A stretch of 64,000 nucleotides of DNA from Mytilus trossulus (Eukaryota). The DNA lies in the NCBI RefSeq assembly GCF_036588685.1, contig NC_086376.1, positions 79,959,630 through 80,023,629 on the forward strand. Direction: 5' to 3'. Below the pieces are notes generated by a model. That model was given only the letters and a program-made list of their open reading frames with translations. It was not told the DNA's origin and made no database searches. A program made the translations under genes and the position numbers. Of this stretch, positions 25,901 through 38,985 are shown piece by piece (within the stretch, counting starts at the first letter, position 1; each line of letters starts with the position of its first letter).

Positions 25901-28900
25901 TAATTTCTTTGAGTTCTTTATAGACTTTTTAACAGAACCCGTATTGAGCCTGAATTATAACTTACACAGATCAACGTTCAAAACTAATGAACAATTTAAA
26001 ACGACCGACTTCGTGCGATTTTGTTACACACTTGTATTATAGGTGAACATTTCCAGTATTAGACTCGAGTTTCACGGGCACTGGCTTATTTGAAAAAATC
26101 GTTAACAAGTTGGGTTACATTTCAACATTTACTTTATCAAAGTAAAAAGTGTTTGCCTATTCTCACTTATCAGTCTGTTTATCAGGCACCCATGAATTCA
26201 AATAAAGTTCCAACGTAGACAAAAGACAGATATTGTTACAAAAATAGGATTACTCAAAATTATTAATTGAATGCATGAAAGAAAGAAGTTTTGTCTAATA
26301 TGTACTAGTATTTACTTCTCAAACAGCCAATTAATGCATTTCATCAGTACATCGGTACCATAAAGTTGGTTGTTGGTTTTTAAGATTTAAGATGTTTTTT
26401 GGCAAAATTTGTTAATGAAATTCTTCATCCATATTGGTTTGACGATTTTATCGAATAAATCCATCTTCCATTTAATCTTACGTCTTATAAGAGCTCAAAC
26501 GTGGCTTTTTAAGCTTTTCTTGTAATACTCATTGAAATAAAATTAGGAATTGAAATGGTGAATGTGTCAAAAAGACAACAACCCGACCGGAGAACCGAAA
26601 ACAGTTAGCCATCAATGGGTCTTCAACACAGCGAGAAAATTTTGCATCGGAGGCGGCTTCATCTGGCCCCTAAACACATTGTACTGAATCATTGAAAGCA
26701 TTGAGTTCAACTAGTAGGTCTTGTGAATATTCTAGCACCAAGACTATCATCTGCGTACCGTATTCCTCCAACTTTCGAGTAAATGCCTATCGAGTTCTCT
26801 ATAATACTTCAGCAATCATTTGCACTTTGATTCCATAAATATTGTTACTGTAGCTAAATACTTTAGATACTAGGTTTAAAATTATTAGTTAAAAAAATCA
26901 TATATTATAAACTGATATTAATAAAGAATGCATATTTGAAATTTAATATCTGATTGCTCATATTTTTGTATTTTCAACTACCCTGGAAAACATATTACTA
27001 GAAGAAAATTTGAAAGTACGAACATCTCCCTTTATGCATTGCAAATATCATTGTATTTATCACATTTTAGGAATACAGTATCCCATACACACCCTCAGAC
27101 ACGGAAACACTGGACCCGTCACTAGCAGATTCTGGTTTTAACGATGCACTCAGTTTACAATGTTTAGAAAGCGTATTCGACTGGAAGGGACAGAAAGGAG
27201 ATGACAAAACAATAGAGAGCCCAGCATCACCAACAGCTACATGTATGCACCACTGTTTAGATCACCAAGGGTTCGAGGATTATTTGGATGATATATATTA
27301 CCATAGACTTAGTATAGAATATAAATATGTAGTGACGACTTGTCTGGAAAACCAACCGGAGGTAAAGCTAAGAATGTTTTCTTGTTCCAGGTACAAACAC
27401 GTGGACAATTTTTAAATAACAGATATAATATGCAAAAGCTTTATTATGCATCAGTTTTCACAATGCTCTTTGAAATACAAAGTCATACATAAACAGCTGT
27501 TCATGTGCAATGTTCAATGTTCAATCTCAATATATAAGTGATCAATCAGGACAGAGCGTACTTACAAAAGAGGTTTTTCAAAGTACAAACGAATATATTT
27601 ATGAGATATATAGGAGCATTTGAGTTAATCGCCAGTTGTTCACAGGGTTTAGTCTTTGAATTATATGTTGGTGTTTTGAGACCGTTTTTACCTTTTGCAT
27701 TTTTGTACTCGTTTGTCAGTTGCCAATGGTATTTTCTATCTATAGGTTTTGTCTACCTTTGGTACCTTCTAACGTTTATAATCTCCTGTTTCGATTTGAA
27801 TTTTGTTTAAGGGAACGGACTTAGTGACTGTTTTATGTATACTTGGGTAAAGTAATTGAGTCCTATTGATAAAGTTTCGTGCTGTACATCAAATACCCGA
27901 CCCGATATAAATGTGTTGTCAGGAGTTGAATATTACTATTTTGATAGAGTAGATCTTTGTAATTCGTCAACTATACAATGGAACATTACGTCAGATCATA
28001 ATATATATTTTGTAGGTTGATTCAGGTATGCGTGGCTTACTGGTCAGTTGGATGACCGGTGTCCATCACCAGATGAAGTTATGTCAGGACACACTATTCA
28101 TTGCTGTAAACATCGTAGACAGAGTTCTAGACGTTATGCAGGCATCTCGAGATTATCTACAACTTCTCGGAATAACTACAATACTGATTGCTTCCAAACT
28201 TGTAAGTATTATAAGCAACAGAGTTTGAAACATGATTTGTGTTATAAAATACATATATTCAAAACGTTTGTCATCTTGTCCAACATACTAGTTCTGTTCT
28301 CAAATTAGTAGACAGTAGTCCGAGATTACTCTGACGTCAAACGGCTGTTTTGCCAGACAGGCTGGGCCCATGGGAATTGCATAAATGTATGAATAAATGA
28401 AAAATGAACAAATTGAAGCCCGATTTATATGGATCCAAGCCAGTTGACTCCAGAGGCAACGAAGCGGCTTGCATATCATGTCTTTTACTTCTATGTTTAG
28501 GTCCAAAACATGCATGCAATATTACCCACCTGATGATCATCAACAAAATATCAACCAATCGATCAATATTAAGGGTTCTTAAAATGAGAATTATAAAAAA
28601 TTTACATGACGATTTAACGACTATTAAAGTCGCAGGTTCACTATGATCTATATGGTTGTATTTCGGATACCTTTTTTACAGGAGGAAGTAACGCCGCCCG
28701 AAATCAGCGAATTACTTGGTTGTTGTGACGGGGTGTACACAAGGGACATGGCGAAGCAATTAGAAAGGGTTATATTAGACGCTATCAGATTTGATCTGAT
28801 GGTCCCGACTTCACAATTTTTCTTAGAATACTACGCAACGTCCTGCATTAATTCATTCCAAGGTTTCCAAGGAGACCAACTCAGGTGAGTTTTAAATCAG

Positions 28901-31900
28901 TCGAAATTAGAACGGTGAACAAGTATAAACTGAAACTTGTTTTAAGTGTTAGAATGTTAGGTACGAGAGAGAACATAATCAGAATGTCTCTCGTCAACAT
29001 CAATTTCTTCTAAAATCAAAATTTAAACAATAAGATTGACATGACAACCCCTGACGAAGATCCTGACTTCCAACAGGCAACATAATATATATATGAAGGG
29101 ATTAAGTGATGTTATATAAACTCCACCCGTACAATATTTCGATCGTTGGACTTGCACGACATTAAAGGATTTTTTTGTCACTAAAAGCATGTTCAAAGCA
29201 CTTGTTTTGCTGGTATGTAATCGTGTCGTTTCATCCTATAAAAAGTAGTCAGTATTAGTAATTGATGCCAGCTTACAGGTGCAAACTCTATAAATTTATT
29301 TAAGTATTTCACGTTCGTTTTGATGTGGTTTTGTCATCTTTTTGTTTAATTCGTTATAAAAATCTCTGATAGTTCATTGCACTCTGATTTGTAGAAGTGG
29401 TGGCTGTTATTTTAATCTGGACGTCAAACATATTTTATTAATTTCAAATAACGCCCAATAGAAGCATACTTCTTATAATGTTTTATCATTTCTGCTGTTT
29501 AAAATGAAATTAAAACAAAATAACTTTGTTTGTTATGTCTGTGCATATTGTGGTATTAGTATATAACGATTTATAATGGTAAGCTGCAGATGAGTTCATG
29601 TTTTGTAAATTTAAACATCATTCGATAAACATTATAACGTTAGCTTTTTGTCGAATGTATAAATCTTAAAGTAACAAATAGATCAAATCATGAAGCATGT
29701 AGATCAAATCAGGTGAACAGATTTAGCTATCCTCAAAAAGCCAAAAAATATCACGGGGAACTAAAAGCGGAGTAAAAATTACGATTCTGAAGCTAGCAAA
29801 TAACGCAAGCATATAAACACCTAAAATTGCCACATATAGCTTCAGGCATTACACTGCTTTACAAAATAAACACAGCATGCGGAAATTGAAAAGTATATCG
29901 AAGTATTTTAGTTCACGGTTTGGTTTTGTCCTTTTATTAGTGGAAGAAGACGTCAAGTCTTCTGAAGACTTAAGGGGCCGACCCTTGGCATTGAGTCTCT
30001 GTATGCCGCATTCATTTCGTATATTACAATTTCAAAACAACTTAGATTCCTGACACCGATTTTTACACATGATTAGGCATCTGAATCATTTAATTTGTAA
30101 ATTATGATTGTAAAACAATATGACCCTTTTATTTATGTAATTTATTAGATTTCATCTCATCCACATGAACGTTATTTGTTTACTTGTAACAGGATGTTTT
30201 AACTGTAGATATTTGTATTACGCATGCGTGAATTTGGTATCGGGACAACTCGCCCTGTTTACAAGTTCGCCCTTGAAGTTACGAATTTGCAATCCTGCAG
30301 ACAAGAAGATTTTGTTTTTATATAAATAAAAAGGATATATAAAGTGTTGTCTTCATTCATGGTTTTCCTTTGTCATGTGAATTAGATGCCCTTCGTAATA
30401 CATACATGTGAACCTCCCGGCGGGAGAACAAAACTCCCGTTTTCAGGGGTCTCCTCCCGTCCTCCCGTTTAGGAGGAAAAAACTCCCGTGTATGAAAATT
30501 TTCAGACGCCAAATTTAATCATTTCTTACTACTGTACGGGTGTAATTGACACCTGTGTTAAATTTTACCTGGACATCAAAGAAGATGTATAATTATATGG
30601 CTTCACTTGACAGCTTGGGTGTCAAACATACTGGTAATCAACGATGTTTACCTCCGGCTAACTGCCGTTGTGTTATCAAAACGATGTGTATTTGGAATAT
30701 TGAAATACTTTTTTGTTACTTCCCTTTGTTTTAGCCTGTTTTCAGTTATTTTGCTTTTAAAAATGTAAATTGTTAAAAGACTATAAATGATTAATATATT
30801 AATCAAATAATCATAAAATGATGTTAATTAAATGAATTTAAATGATTTTGGACAAATAAAAAAGTTAAAATTTATAAATTATTTTAGCAATCTAGACCTC
30901 CTTTCAAGGATTACATTGAAGTTTATATGATAAATTTGTTTCTTATTTATTAGAAATGATATGTACCATCATACAATATGTGCAACTAGACTAATAAAAG
31001 GGGTAGTAGGTAGATTAATTCTAGTAAAATGTTGAAATTTAGATTTGTAAATGTTAGTGTATATTAGATTTTATTGTGTAAGCTAAGAAATAGCAAGACA
31101 TTTTACACGGTTTTCAAGTCTTTTTAAGCTTTCTACTAATATGACTTTCATAATGCTTAAAATCCATGCAGTACTAGTGATAGTGTATGTTATTTTTTTA
31201 ATTAATTTACGATGTTGCAAATATACATGTGGAGCTTATTTCTTTCTTATTTGTCTAAACATTTACAAATGATAAGGAGATGGAGACATGAACAAAAATA
31301 TATACAGATAAGATATATAAATATAATGATTCATTTGCAAGCAGTGAACAATCATTTGTCAAAAACAAAACAAAACAAGAAACAGATTCTTCTTATTATT
31401 GTATTTTATTCAAATAGAGAGGCAATAAGGGAACTATAAACATTACAATTTGATGGAGATTTGAAGAAAAAACACAATTTCTACATCATTTGGTTACATT
31501 TACGACAAAATTGATGTCGATAAAAAAAACATGATGTTTTGACCATTCAGAACTTAATAGATGCATAGTTCTTGGGGAAAAGTTTCATCAAATAATATGA
31601 ATATAAATGACTTTTTTGTGCTCATTTTTAACAGTGGGTTGTGATGATCTTCCAGTTAGGTTACCCTCATTTGGAGTGTTGTTCCCAACCTGTTAAAGGT
31701 CCATCTTTGTGCATTATTCAAAATTGGAAATTTCAACAAGCATCTAATATTCTTAATCTGGAAAATAAACCCTGGTCTGCTAGCTTCATGTATATTTTTT
31801 CTACCGATTTAATATATAACTAGAATCATGCAAACAAACTTAAGGAAAAGGCATGTAAGTTCATCATACAAATATGACACTTTTTCTAGACAATCCAGAT

Positions 31901-33063
31901 CTTGCAAAATACGTCGCTAAAAATTGTAACCTTTAAAATTGTTGTTGTGCAGTAAAAACCCATATGGGAACTTTCAAAAGTTGGCAGGTATGTAACAAGT
32001 CTTACTATTTTTATGCTCCATTTATGGGCAATATGTTTTCTAGTCTGTCCGTCCGTCCTGCTTCTGGTTATAAAGTTTATGGTCGAGGTAGTTTTTGATG
32101 AAGTTGAAATCCAATCAACTTGAAACTTAGTACACATGTGTTCCTCTTGATATGATCTTCTTAATTTTACTGCCAAATTAAAGATTTTACCTAATTTTCA
32201 TAGTAAACTGAACATAGAAAGAGATTGTACGGATGGGAAATCCATGTACTTATGACCTTTTCTTGTTTGAAGAAAAAAATACATTTTAACAATAATGGAA
32301 CAAAGCAGCCTGGGTAAGTGGGGCTGCTTTTATGGTAATTCAAGTTACTTTTTATTCACCTTCTTCCACTTCAGAGCTATCAGCTCTTTGATTATATTCT
32401 GAGATGATCTAAGTGGTTTTTTTTATTTATTGAATGACAAAATATAAAAATCGAGTTCCTGTTTGTTCCGAATGAACAACTTGAAAAAAGACAGTTCTTT
32501 CGTAATTTCAAAGGCATGCAGAGGCATTCCTGTTGTCTCGAAGCCGATTTGGTTTTGAAATCTGACAATACTAGTTAAATAGTCAATACTATAGTGACTC
32601 AGAAGATTTATACGAAGTGAGCAATACAATGTCTTTGAAACCAATGTTTTAACGCATACCGTTTACTAAATCTTAGAACTGTCAGTTTGTCATGCACTGA
32701 AATGGAACATTTCTCTCTACTAAGTTTTGAAAAATTTAAAATAAAATACATGTTTCAAAGATTTGAATCAATATTTTCAGACAATCACGTGCTCTTGCTC
32801 GCTGTGTTCTAGAGCTCTCCCTTCAAGATTATGACCTTTCACAAAGACGTCCATCAATGCTGTCATTGTGTGTATGGAAAATAGCCGTGGAGGAGACCAA
32901 AAGTGACGACGGCGACTACTTACCTCCTGGATTATTTCACAGCTGTGAAGATTTCGAATTTATCTACAAAGAAGTTAAAACATTTTCAGAAAATTTACTC
33001 CATAATTTACCTGATGTTTCCAGAGTTTGCGAACATTACTATCGGCTATATGGTATCGAGTAA
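22928..33063 (+). CDS. CCNO: Cyclin-O-like cyclin, 408 aa
   Basis: Exons 22928-23191, 27071-27361, 28016-28201, 28682-28884, 32781-33063 (1227 nt, phases consistent). Cyclin box MRGLLVSWM..VH...LFIAVNIVDR...LQLLGITTILIASKLEE. DSG...ESP, QPEV, PPEISELLGCC, PTSQFFLE and ALARCVLELSLQDY..RPSML resemble vertebrate cyclin O more than cyclin A or B, compared from memory. Confidence 0.85.
24421..24762 (+). mobile_element. Family A fragment nested in a family D repeat
   Basis: Reverse complement of 4866-5205; family D sequence stops at 24420 and related sequence resumes near 24770. Confidence 0.7.
25309..25896. mobile_element. MITE with 22-bp perfect TIRs and an internal inverted repeat
   Basis: ccaaaggagtaggtccggtaag (25309) / cttaccggacctactcctttgg (ends 25896); inner pair gaaagtggccgcatccgtgttcatcc / ggatgaacacgaatgcggccactttc (25543-25651). 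Confidence 0.85.
32008..32267 (+). mobile_element. Family E element (HINE/Helentron-associated-like, with GTCC/GTTC microsatellite)
   Basis: tttttatgc...tttatgggca...(gtcc)n...gaagttgaaatccaatcaacttgaaacttag...ttcttgtt; copies at 46478-46750 (reverse) and 59290-59562, and a degraded one near 13680-14000. Confidence 0.6.
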
Positions 33064-34453
33064 AGAGAAAAAGTATCAAATGTTTCAATTAAAACAGTCT
33101 TTCATGAATAGTGCTGAACAATGTGATTTTGTAACATTCCAAAGTAAGGACAGAAGCTCTATTGCTAAACAAACTTTACAATTAAAATCATTACAAATGT
33201 TTGTTGAAATTATTATGTTACTCATTATTTGAATTACATCCAATGAGTTTTAAGTCGAAACACCATGTTTTTATGGACACTACTAGATGAAAAACAATTA
33301 TTTTTTAAGGTGTTGCCAAGCAGAATTTCACTTTAAATTAAACATTGAAGTATGGTAATATTCAAGCAAGAAGTTCTGATCCACATAGTCCTATGATGCA
33401 CTAGATTGTTTGATTGATGTTTGATTAACGTCTAGTGACAAACATTTCCTGCGTGTACAGGACGAGAACAGTATGTAGATTATGTACTCTTTAGAAGAAC
33501 CGCCCATGATGAAAGTCTTAGACAGGTATCATTTGACTTTGACCTCATTTTCATAGTTCAGAGGTCAAAGTTAAGTTTTTGAGTTTTAGTCTTTTTTTTT
33601 CAAATATTATGCAATAAGTCAACTATATTTAGTGTATGGAAATATTTTATGAATTAAATGTGAGTCGTGCTGGTTTTATTTGACCTTGACCTCATTTTCA
33701 GGGTTCATTGTTGAGTATTTTAAGTTTTAGTGTTTTGGTCTGTTTTTCTGAAATTATAGGCAATATGTCAACTATATTTGTTGTACTGAAGAATTTTCAG
33801 CTGTTCATGTCTGCCTGGCATGGTTCATCTGACCTTGACCTCATTTTCATGGTTCATTGTTCAATGTTTAGTTTTCTTGGTTAATGTAAATAACTTTAGG
33901 TGACAGTTGTAATAAAGCTTTATGTCTAGGACTATCAACACAATATCAATGATTAGTAAAGAAGGCGAGACATTTCAGTGTGTGCACTCTTGTTTTTCGA
34001 TTTTGTTTTTTTATTTTTTCTGATTCATCATTGTGCTTAGTCATGCTATTTTCGTTTTCCCAAAGCCAGTAGAAAAATAAATGGAAACAGGTAAGGCATA
34101 TGTGTAGTTTATATAAACCCCCTGTAAACTTTTTCACTCTCGTTTCATACATTTATAAGACAATTATTACATAATATAATATTTACGGTTTAGCTTAAAA
34201 AGGGCAAAGGAAGCTTTTTATCATTTCTTTGCGTCTGTTTAATTTTCAGTTATCTTCTCAACTGAAAATAGTAGGCCATTTGACCAAACTCGCAACCATC
34301 CTTGGAGTATCTATTTTAAAGGGTGCGATCGATGACCCAGCCAACCAACATAAACTTTGTATCTTAAAATGTTAAAGAGGTGGAAATGCAGTTTTGTCAT
34401 ATTATTTGTAAAACAGTTTTGAATAGAAAATTTTTGAAAGGGGACACATTTAT

Positions 34454-35116
34454 AAAGTTGAGATCACTTCTAACCTCTCAATAGAACTCTCAAAAAAGTC
34501 TGTCATATAACTGTTCTAAACTCTTAGAACTGTCAGAATCAGTTCTAGGCAGAACTGACTAAATCAGTTCTGAATAGAACTGTCAGTATAAGTTCTAGTG
34601 TAGAATTGTCTAAAACTGTTAAAACCAGTTCTAGTCGTATAACTGTCAGCAGAACTGACCAAAATCAATTCTAACCGTAGAACTATCAGCAGAACTGTCT
34701 AAAACTGTTCTTGTCGTAGAACTAACCTAACCTGTCCGGATTGTAGAACAGATTAAAATGAGTTTTATAACATACATTAGACATTATATTCTTTTGACTT
34801 ATTTGTATTAAAGACATAGAGTTCTTCAAACTGTTCTATGGATAGAACTGACTAAATCAATTATAACCGAAGAACTGACCAAATCAGTTTTAATCGTAGA
34901 ACTGTTCTAGTCATAGAACTGTTCTAGCTGTAGAATTGTTCTAGTCGTAGAACTGTTCTAGGTTAGAAGTGTTAGGATCAATTCTAGGTCAGAACTGTTC
35001 AAGCTAGAACTGACTAAAAGGTGTCAAGATGACAGTTCCATAGATACTGTTCTAGAACAGTTCTCCTGTCAGATTCAGACAGATTTGATGAGAGTTAAGA
35101 AGTGATCTCCGCTGTA
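34454..35116. mobile_element. TIR element filled with an AGAACTG(TTCT) minisatellite
   Basis: gagatcacttctaacctctca (34460) matches the reverse complement of tgagagttaagaagtgatctc (35089-35109); interior has many agaactg/gttctag units. Confidence 0.75.
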
Positions 35117-35411
35117 TCAATTGTTTATTTATACATAACTGCCAGATCATTTCTCTTAAATTTCAAAAAACAATGATTTTCTTGTTTGCCTTTTATGTTG
35201 AAAACTAAACAAGATTTAGCGACTCTATATTTAAAAATCTACAAATAAGACGAATTATTGAAATCGTCAGTCGACTTCTTATTGAAGTTGTTGCACTTGA
35301 ATATTTAGTTTTACCAATTTTTTTATTTTTTTCTAATTACAAACTTGAAAACTACAAGAGCTAGATAGACATTTTAAATGCATAAATGATCATCAAGACA
35401 AGATCTACAAA

Positions 35412-35856
35412 TAGAATCATATTCAAAACAGTGTGGTCTTGGCCATTGATTGACGACCTAAATTATCCCATTGACTGGGACATATTAGGTGAACGTTGGT
35501 CTGTAACGACCATTGCTCACTTCTTACTTATTATAGAATTTAAACTGTGGGGTCACCAAAGGTTCTTAACGCCTTTAATAATAAAATAATTCGAAAAATT
35601 ATTCAGGAATTACCTTTATGTTTTGATTTATATTATTAATATAAATCAACACATCGTATTATTCCGGATTCGTTTTTCGAATTGCTTTATTTAGGTGTTG
35701 AGAACATTTGGTGACCCCACAGATTCAGTGTCTTTAACAAGTACGTAGTGAGCAGTGATAGTTACCGACAAACGTTCACCTAATCTGTCCCAGTCAATGG
35801 GATAATTAAGGTCGTCAATCATTGGCCAGGACCACACTGTTTTGAATATGATTCTA
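35412..35856. mobile_element. Fold-back MITE with inverted arms of about 185 bp
   Basis: tagaatcatattcaaaacagtgtggtc... / ...gaccacactgttttgaatatgattcta; the arms pair over about 35412-35597 and 35673-35856; TA at both ends. Confidence 0.9.
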
Positions 35857-36477
35857 AGTCAAACTTTTGCCGAAATCGGTGATATGAAATCTTTAAAAGA
35901 ATATCCTTAAGGGGAAATCTTACGAAGACAGAAAATTTGAAGTGAATAAATGATTAGTAAACAAGATCAACAAAAAAAAGAGAATGTTTACCTAGAGGTT
36001 AATATGTCGGCACCTCTTCACCCTTTGAAAAAAAAATCACAAAAATACTGAACTGCGAAGAAAATTGAAACCGAAAAGTACCTTAACAAATGGCAAAATC
36101 AAAAAGCTCAAAGACATCAAACGAATAGATAACAACTGCCATATTCCTGACTTGGTACAGGCATTTTCGTAAATAGAAAATTGAAGATTAAACCTGGTTT
36201 TAAAGCTAGATCAATCTCTCACTTGTATGTTACTCTTCATCTGGTCTATCTTCTACATGTGTTTTCTACAGATAAGGTATGGTATGTTAATATTTTTCCA
36301 GGAAGCATGAAAAAAATGAAAACACCCATTGTATTTTGAAACTATTCACTTAAACATATTATTTTAATAATTTAGTTGCCTTTTGAAATTCTAAACTATC
36401 AAATTTCATGACACACGCAAAAACGAAATTATTTGTACAATAACGCGCATACAATTTTTTCCCCCACCTAACGCTGC

Positions 36478-37375
36478 ATGGGCTTCAAACGACTTGGAAT
36501 GTTGACGTCTCTCATACTTGTCTTTGTTGTTACTGGATATGGGATTGCTGAAAGTTCATGTCACACAACATACGGTAAGTACATCGTGAAAGACTTATCA
36601 GTGGGTTTTAATTCTTGAGGAAGCACAACCACAATATATTCTTTTACAATATGATAAACGTGATGACTTTAATTCAGACGTTAACATGTTCCTCATAGTA
36701 TTCAGGAATCGGCCATTGTCGAACTTTACTGCTAATTGTCAGAATTATCCAAAATATTTTAAATTCTATGTAGCAATTTTGACATCAATTATGAGCGGTA
36801 TTATTCGGAGTAAGGTTTTAAATGTCGGGTTTTATATTCCAAAAAAAAGGTATGGAAATTGAAGACCATTGATGTGATCCTAAAATAATTATCTTTACTA
36901 ATTCCGACCATTTATTCATTATTTTAGGCTTATATAAAGTCAGTTTAATTGGTCGAAGTGTCGGTGATAAAATCCCTAAAGTTATAGCATTTTATACTTA
37001 CAAATCTAAAGACGTGAATCCAGGAGCTGGTCGTAGACTGGTATTTGATGTGACCAAGACAAACCAAGGAAACGGATACAATAGACATACTGGAGTATTT
37101 ACATGTCCAAAGACAGGAATCTACGTATTTATATGGGTCATTCGAATGTTTCATTCCGAGCATTCCACCGAGTTGATGATAAACAATACGATTTACGGGT
37201 CCACAGTCTTCGTGCCAATGACGGAGACGATGGATGAGTCAGTGGCACAGTTGTTGCTCATGTGTCAAAAGGAGATACAGTTTATGTTCGAAATCAGTCA
37301 ATATACGGCGGGAATGGTAACATATATAGTAACAAACTCGGTAAAACATCATTTTCGGGATGGCTTCTACAGTAG
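36478..37375 (+). pseudogene. Secreted globular C1q-domain (C1qDC) pseudogene
   Basis: Exon 1 36478-36574 (signal peptide); exon 2 36928-37375 (IAFYTY...LVFDVTKTNQGNGYNRHTGVFTCPKTGIYVF). A 1-nt frameshift near 37206 and an in-frame TGA at 37235-37237 precede VSGTVVAHVSKGDTVYVR...TSFSGWLLQ*. Confidence 0.85.
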
Positions 37376-38985
37376 AAAACAATAAATGCAATATGATATA
37401 TGCTTTTGATGTTAACTGTCTATCGTTTGATTTTTTTGTTTGTTGTGTTGGGTTTTTGCTGATCTGACTACTCATGTTTGGTACCATGGTCTCATGGTCC
37501 CTGAAAACACAACTTGAATTAGAATATACGTAAATATTATATTTCTCAGGATTTATATCAAAAGGTTTTATCAATTTCCTTGACAAAAGCATTTAACATA
37601 TGAACGGATATGAAATAACAGCCTTGAGATGAAACATTTTGAGAAGACGTCAGCAAATGTACGCTTTTGCAAGTATCACGGTTAGGAAGATAAAACAGGT
37701 ATCTTGTAAAAGAAAATACGTCATTAAATACACTAGCTATCAACCATATAAAACTAGATGCTTATAAAGTTATGTAAATATTGAAAAAAAAAACTATTCC
37801 AAGGTGTCGCAAACCAAACTATGCAACAAGATTTAGTGTCTATTCACCATTTGAATGTCCGTCCCTCTGTCATCTTTTGCCCCTCTTATCATTGATATGC
37901 TTCATTTTCTCAGGCCAATTAAGTACTCTAGAAAAGCGCCAGTATTCACTTCAATTCATTTTTTAAAGGTTGAAACATTAAATACACTTTGATGGTCATA
38001 CTAATAAATGGTCAAAGCAATTGTCATTAACTTTGATAGTATGTATTTTCGTAACCCGAAAGAGGAAAACTGAGCTGAGTTACTTGTTTTTTGTGTTTCG
38101 TAATTTTCATTATAGATCAATAAGTGACACTTGTATTAACTATTATTTACCTTATCCACACTGCTATCAACAACCAAGAGCGTCCACCTCTATTACACCC
38201 GACCCGATTATGGATGAGATTAGTATAAAATTGTTGACGAGATATACATAGGGATAAGTAGAGTATTCAACAATTGGTCTTTTGAGGTCAAAGCTCTTAA
38301 AAATTTATCGAGATTTGGTAAATGAAATCATGAAATATAAAATGTAATCTCTAGTGAATCTTACATTGTAGCTTGTCGGTATACTTATCTTTGTTGCTTA
38401 TCCAAAGTCTTCCCCTTCTTTTCATTGAAAAAAATTCAAATTTGTACAAATATAGGTACTTAAAGAAGAATATTTAGTGTTCTGGTAGTTCAAGAATTTA
38501 TTTTTCTTATCTCGGAAAAAATCCACAGAAAATATGAATGCGAGGTTTTCTGTCGGCAATATCGAATGCTTCGGACACAACGTTATGAGTACATGACAAC
38601 TATGGAAGATGTTAACTTAATAAAAGACTCAGTTATATATCTTTATTTATTGTTTAACAAGTATACATAGTATATCAGTCCAAACACAAATTGAATTATC
38701 CTTCTCTCACTCGCTCACCTCTACGGCTTATAGCTGATATATTGACCCTCTTCGATGAAAATGTTTTGTAATGATGTATGGCATGTCGAATTTGACATAT
38801 GTATGTATGATAGTCTGTCTTGCCAGCTGAAAGCTTATATTACGAGAGGTTCAAAGGACACTGGGCATGCTTGTTCATAGGGATCCTGTCAAACATTTTG
38901 ATGCTTTTTATGAAGAATGTCCTCAAACTAGAATATCCTCTTTCTTTATAACAGTTTTAGTGCATTTATTAGACACTGACATTGT

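Noticed and set aside
37235-37237. In-frame TGA as selenocysteine in the C1qDC gene
   Set aside because: It lies downstream of a frameshift, is one change from TCA (Ser), and no SECIS was recognised.
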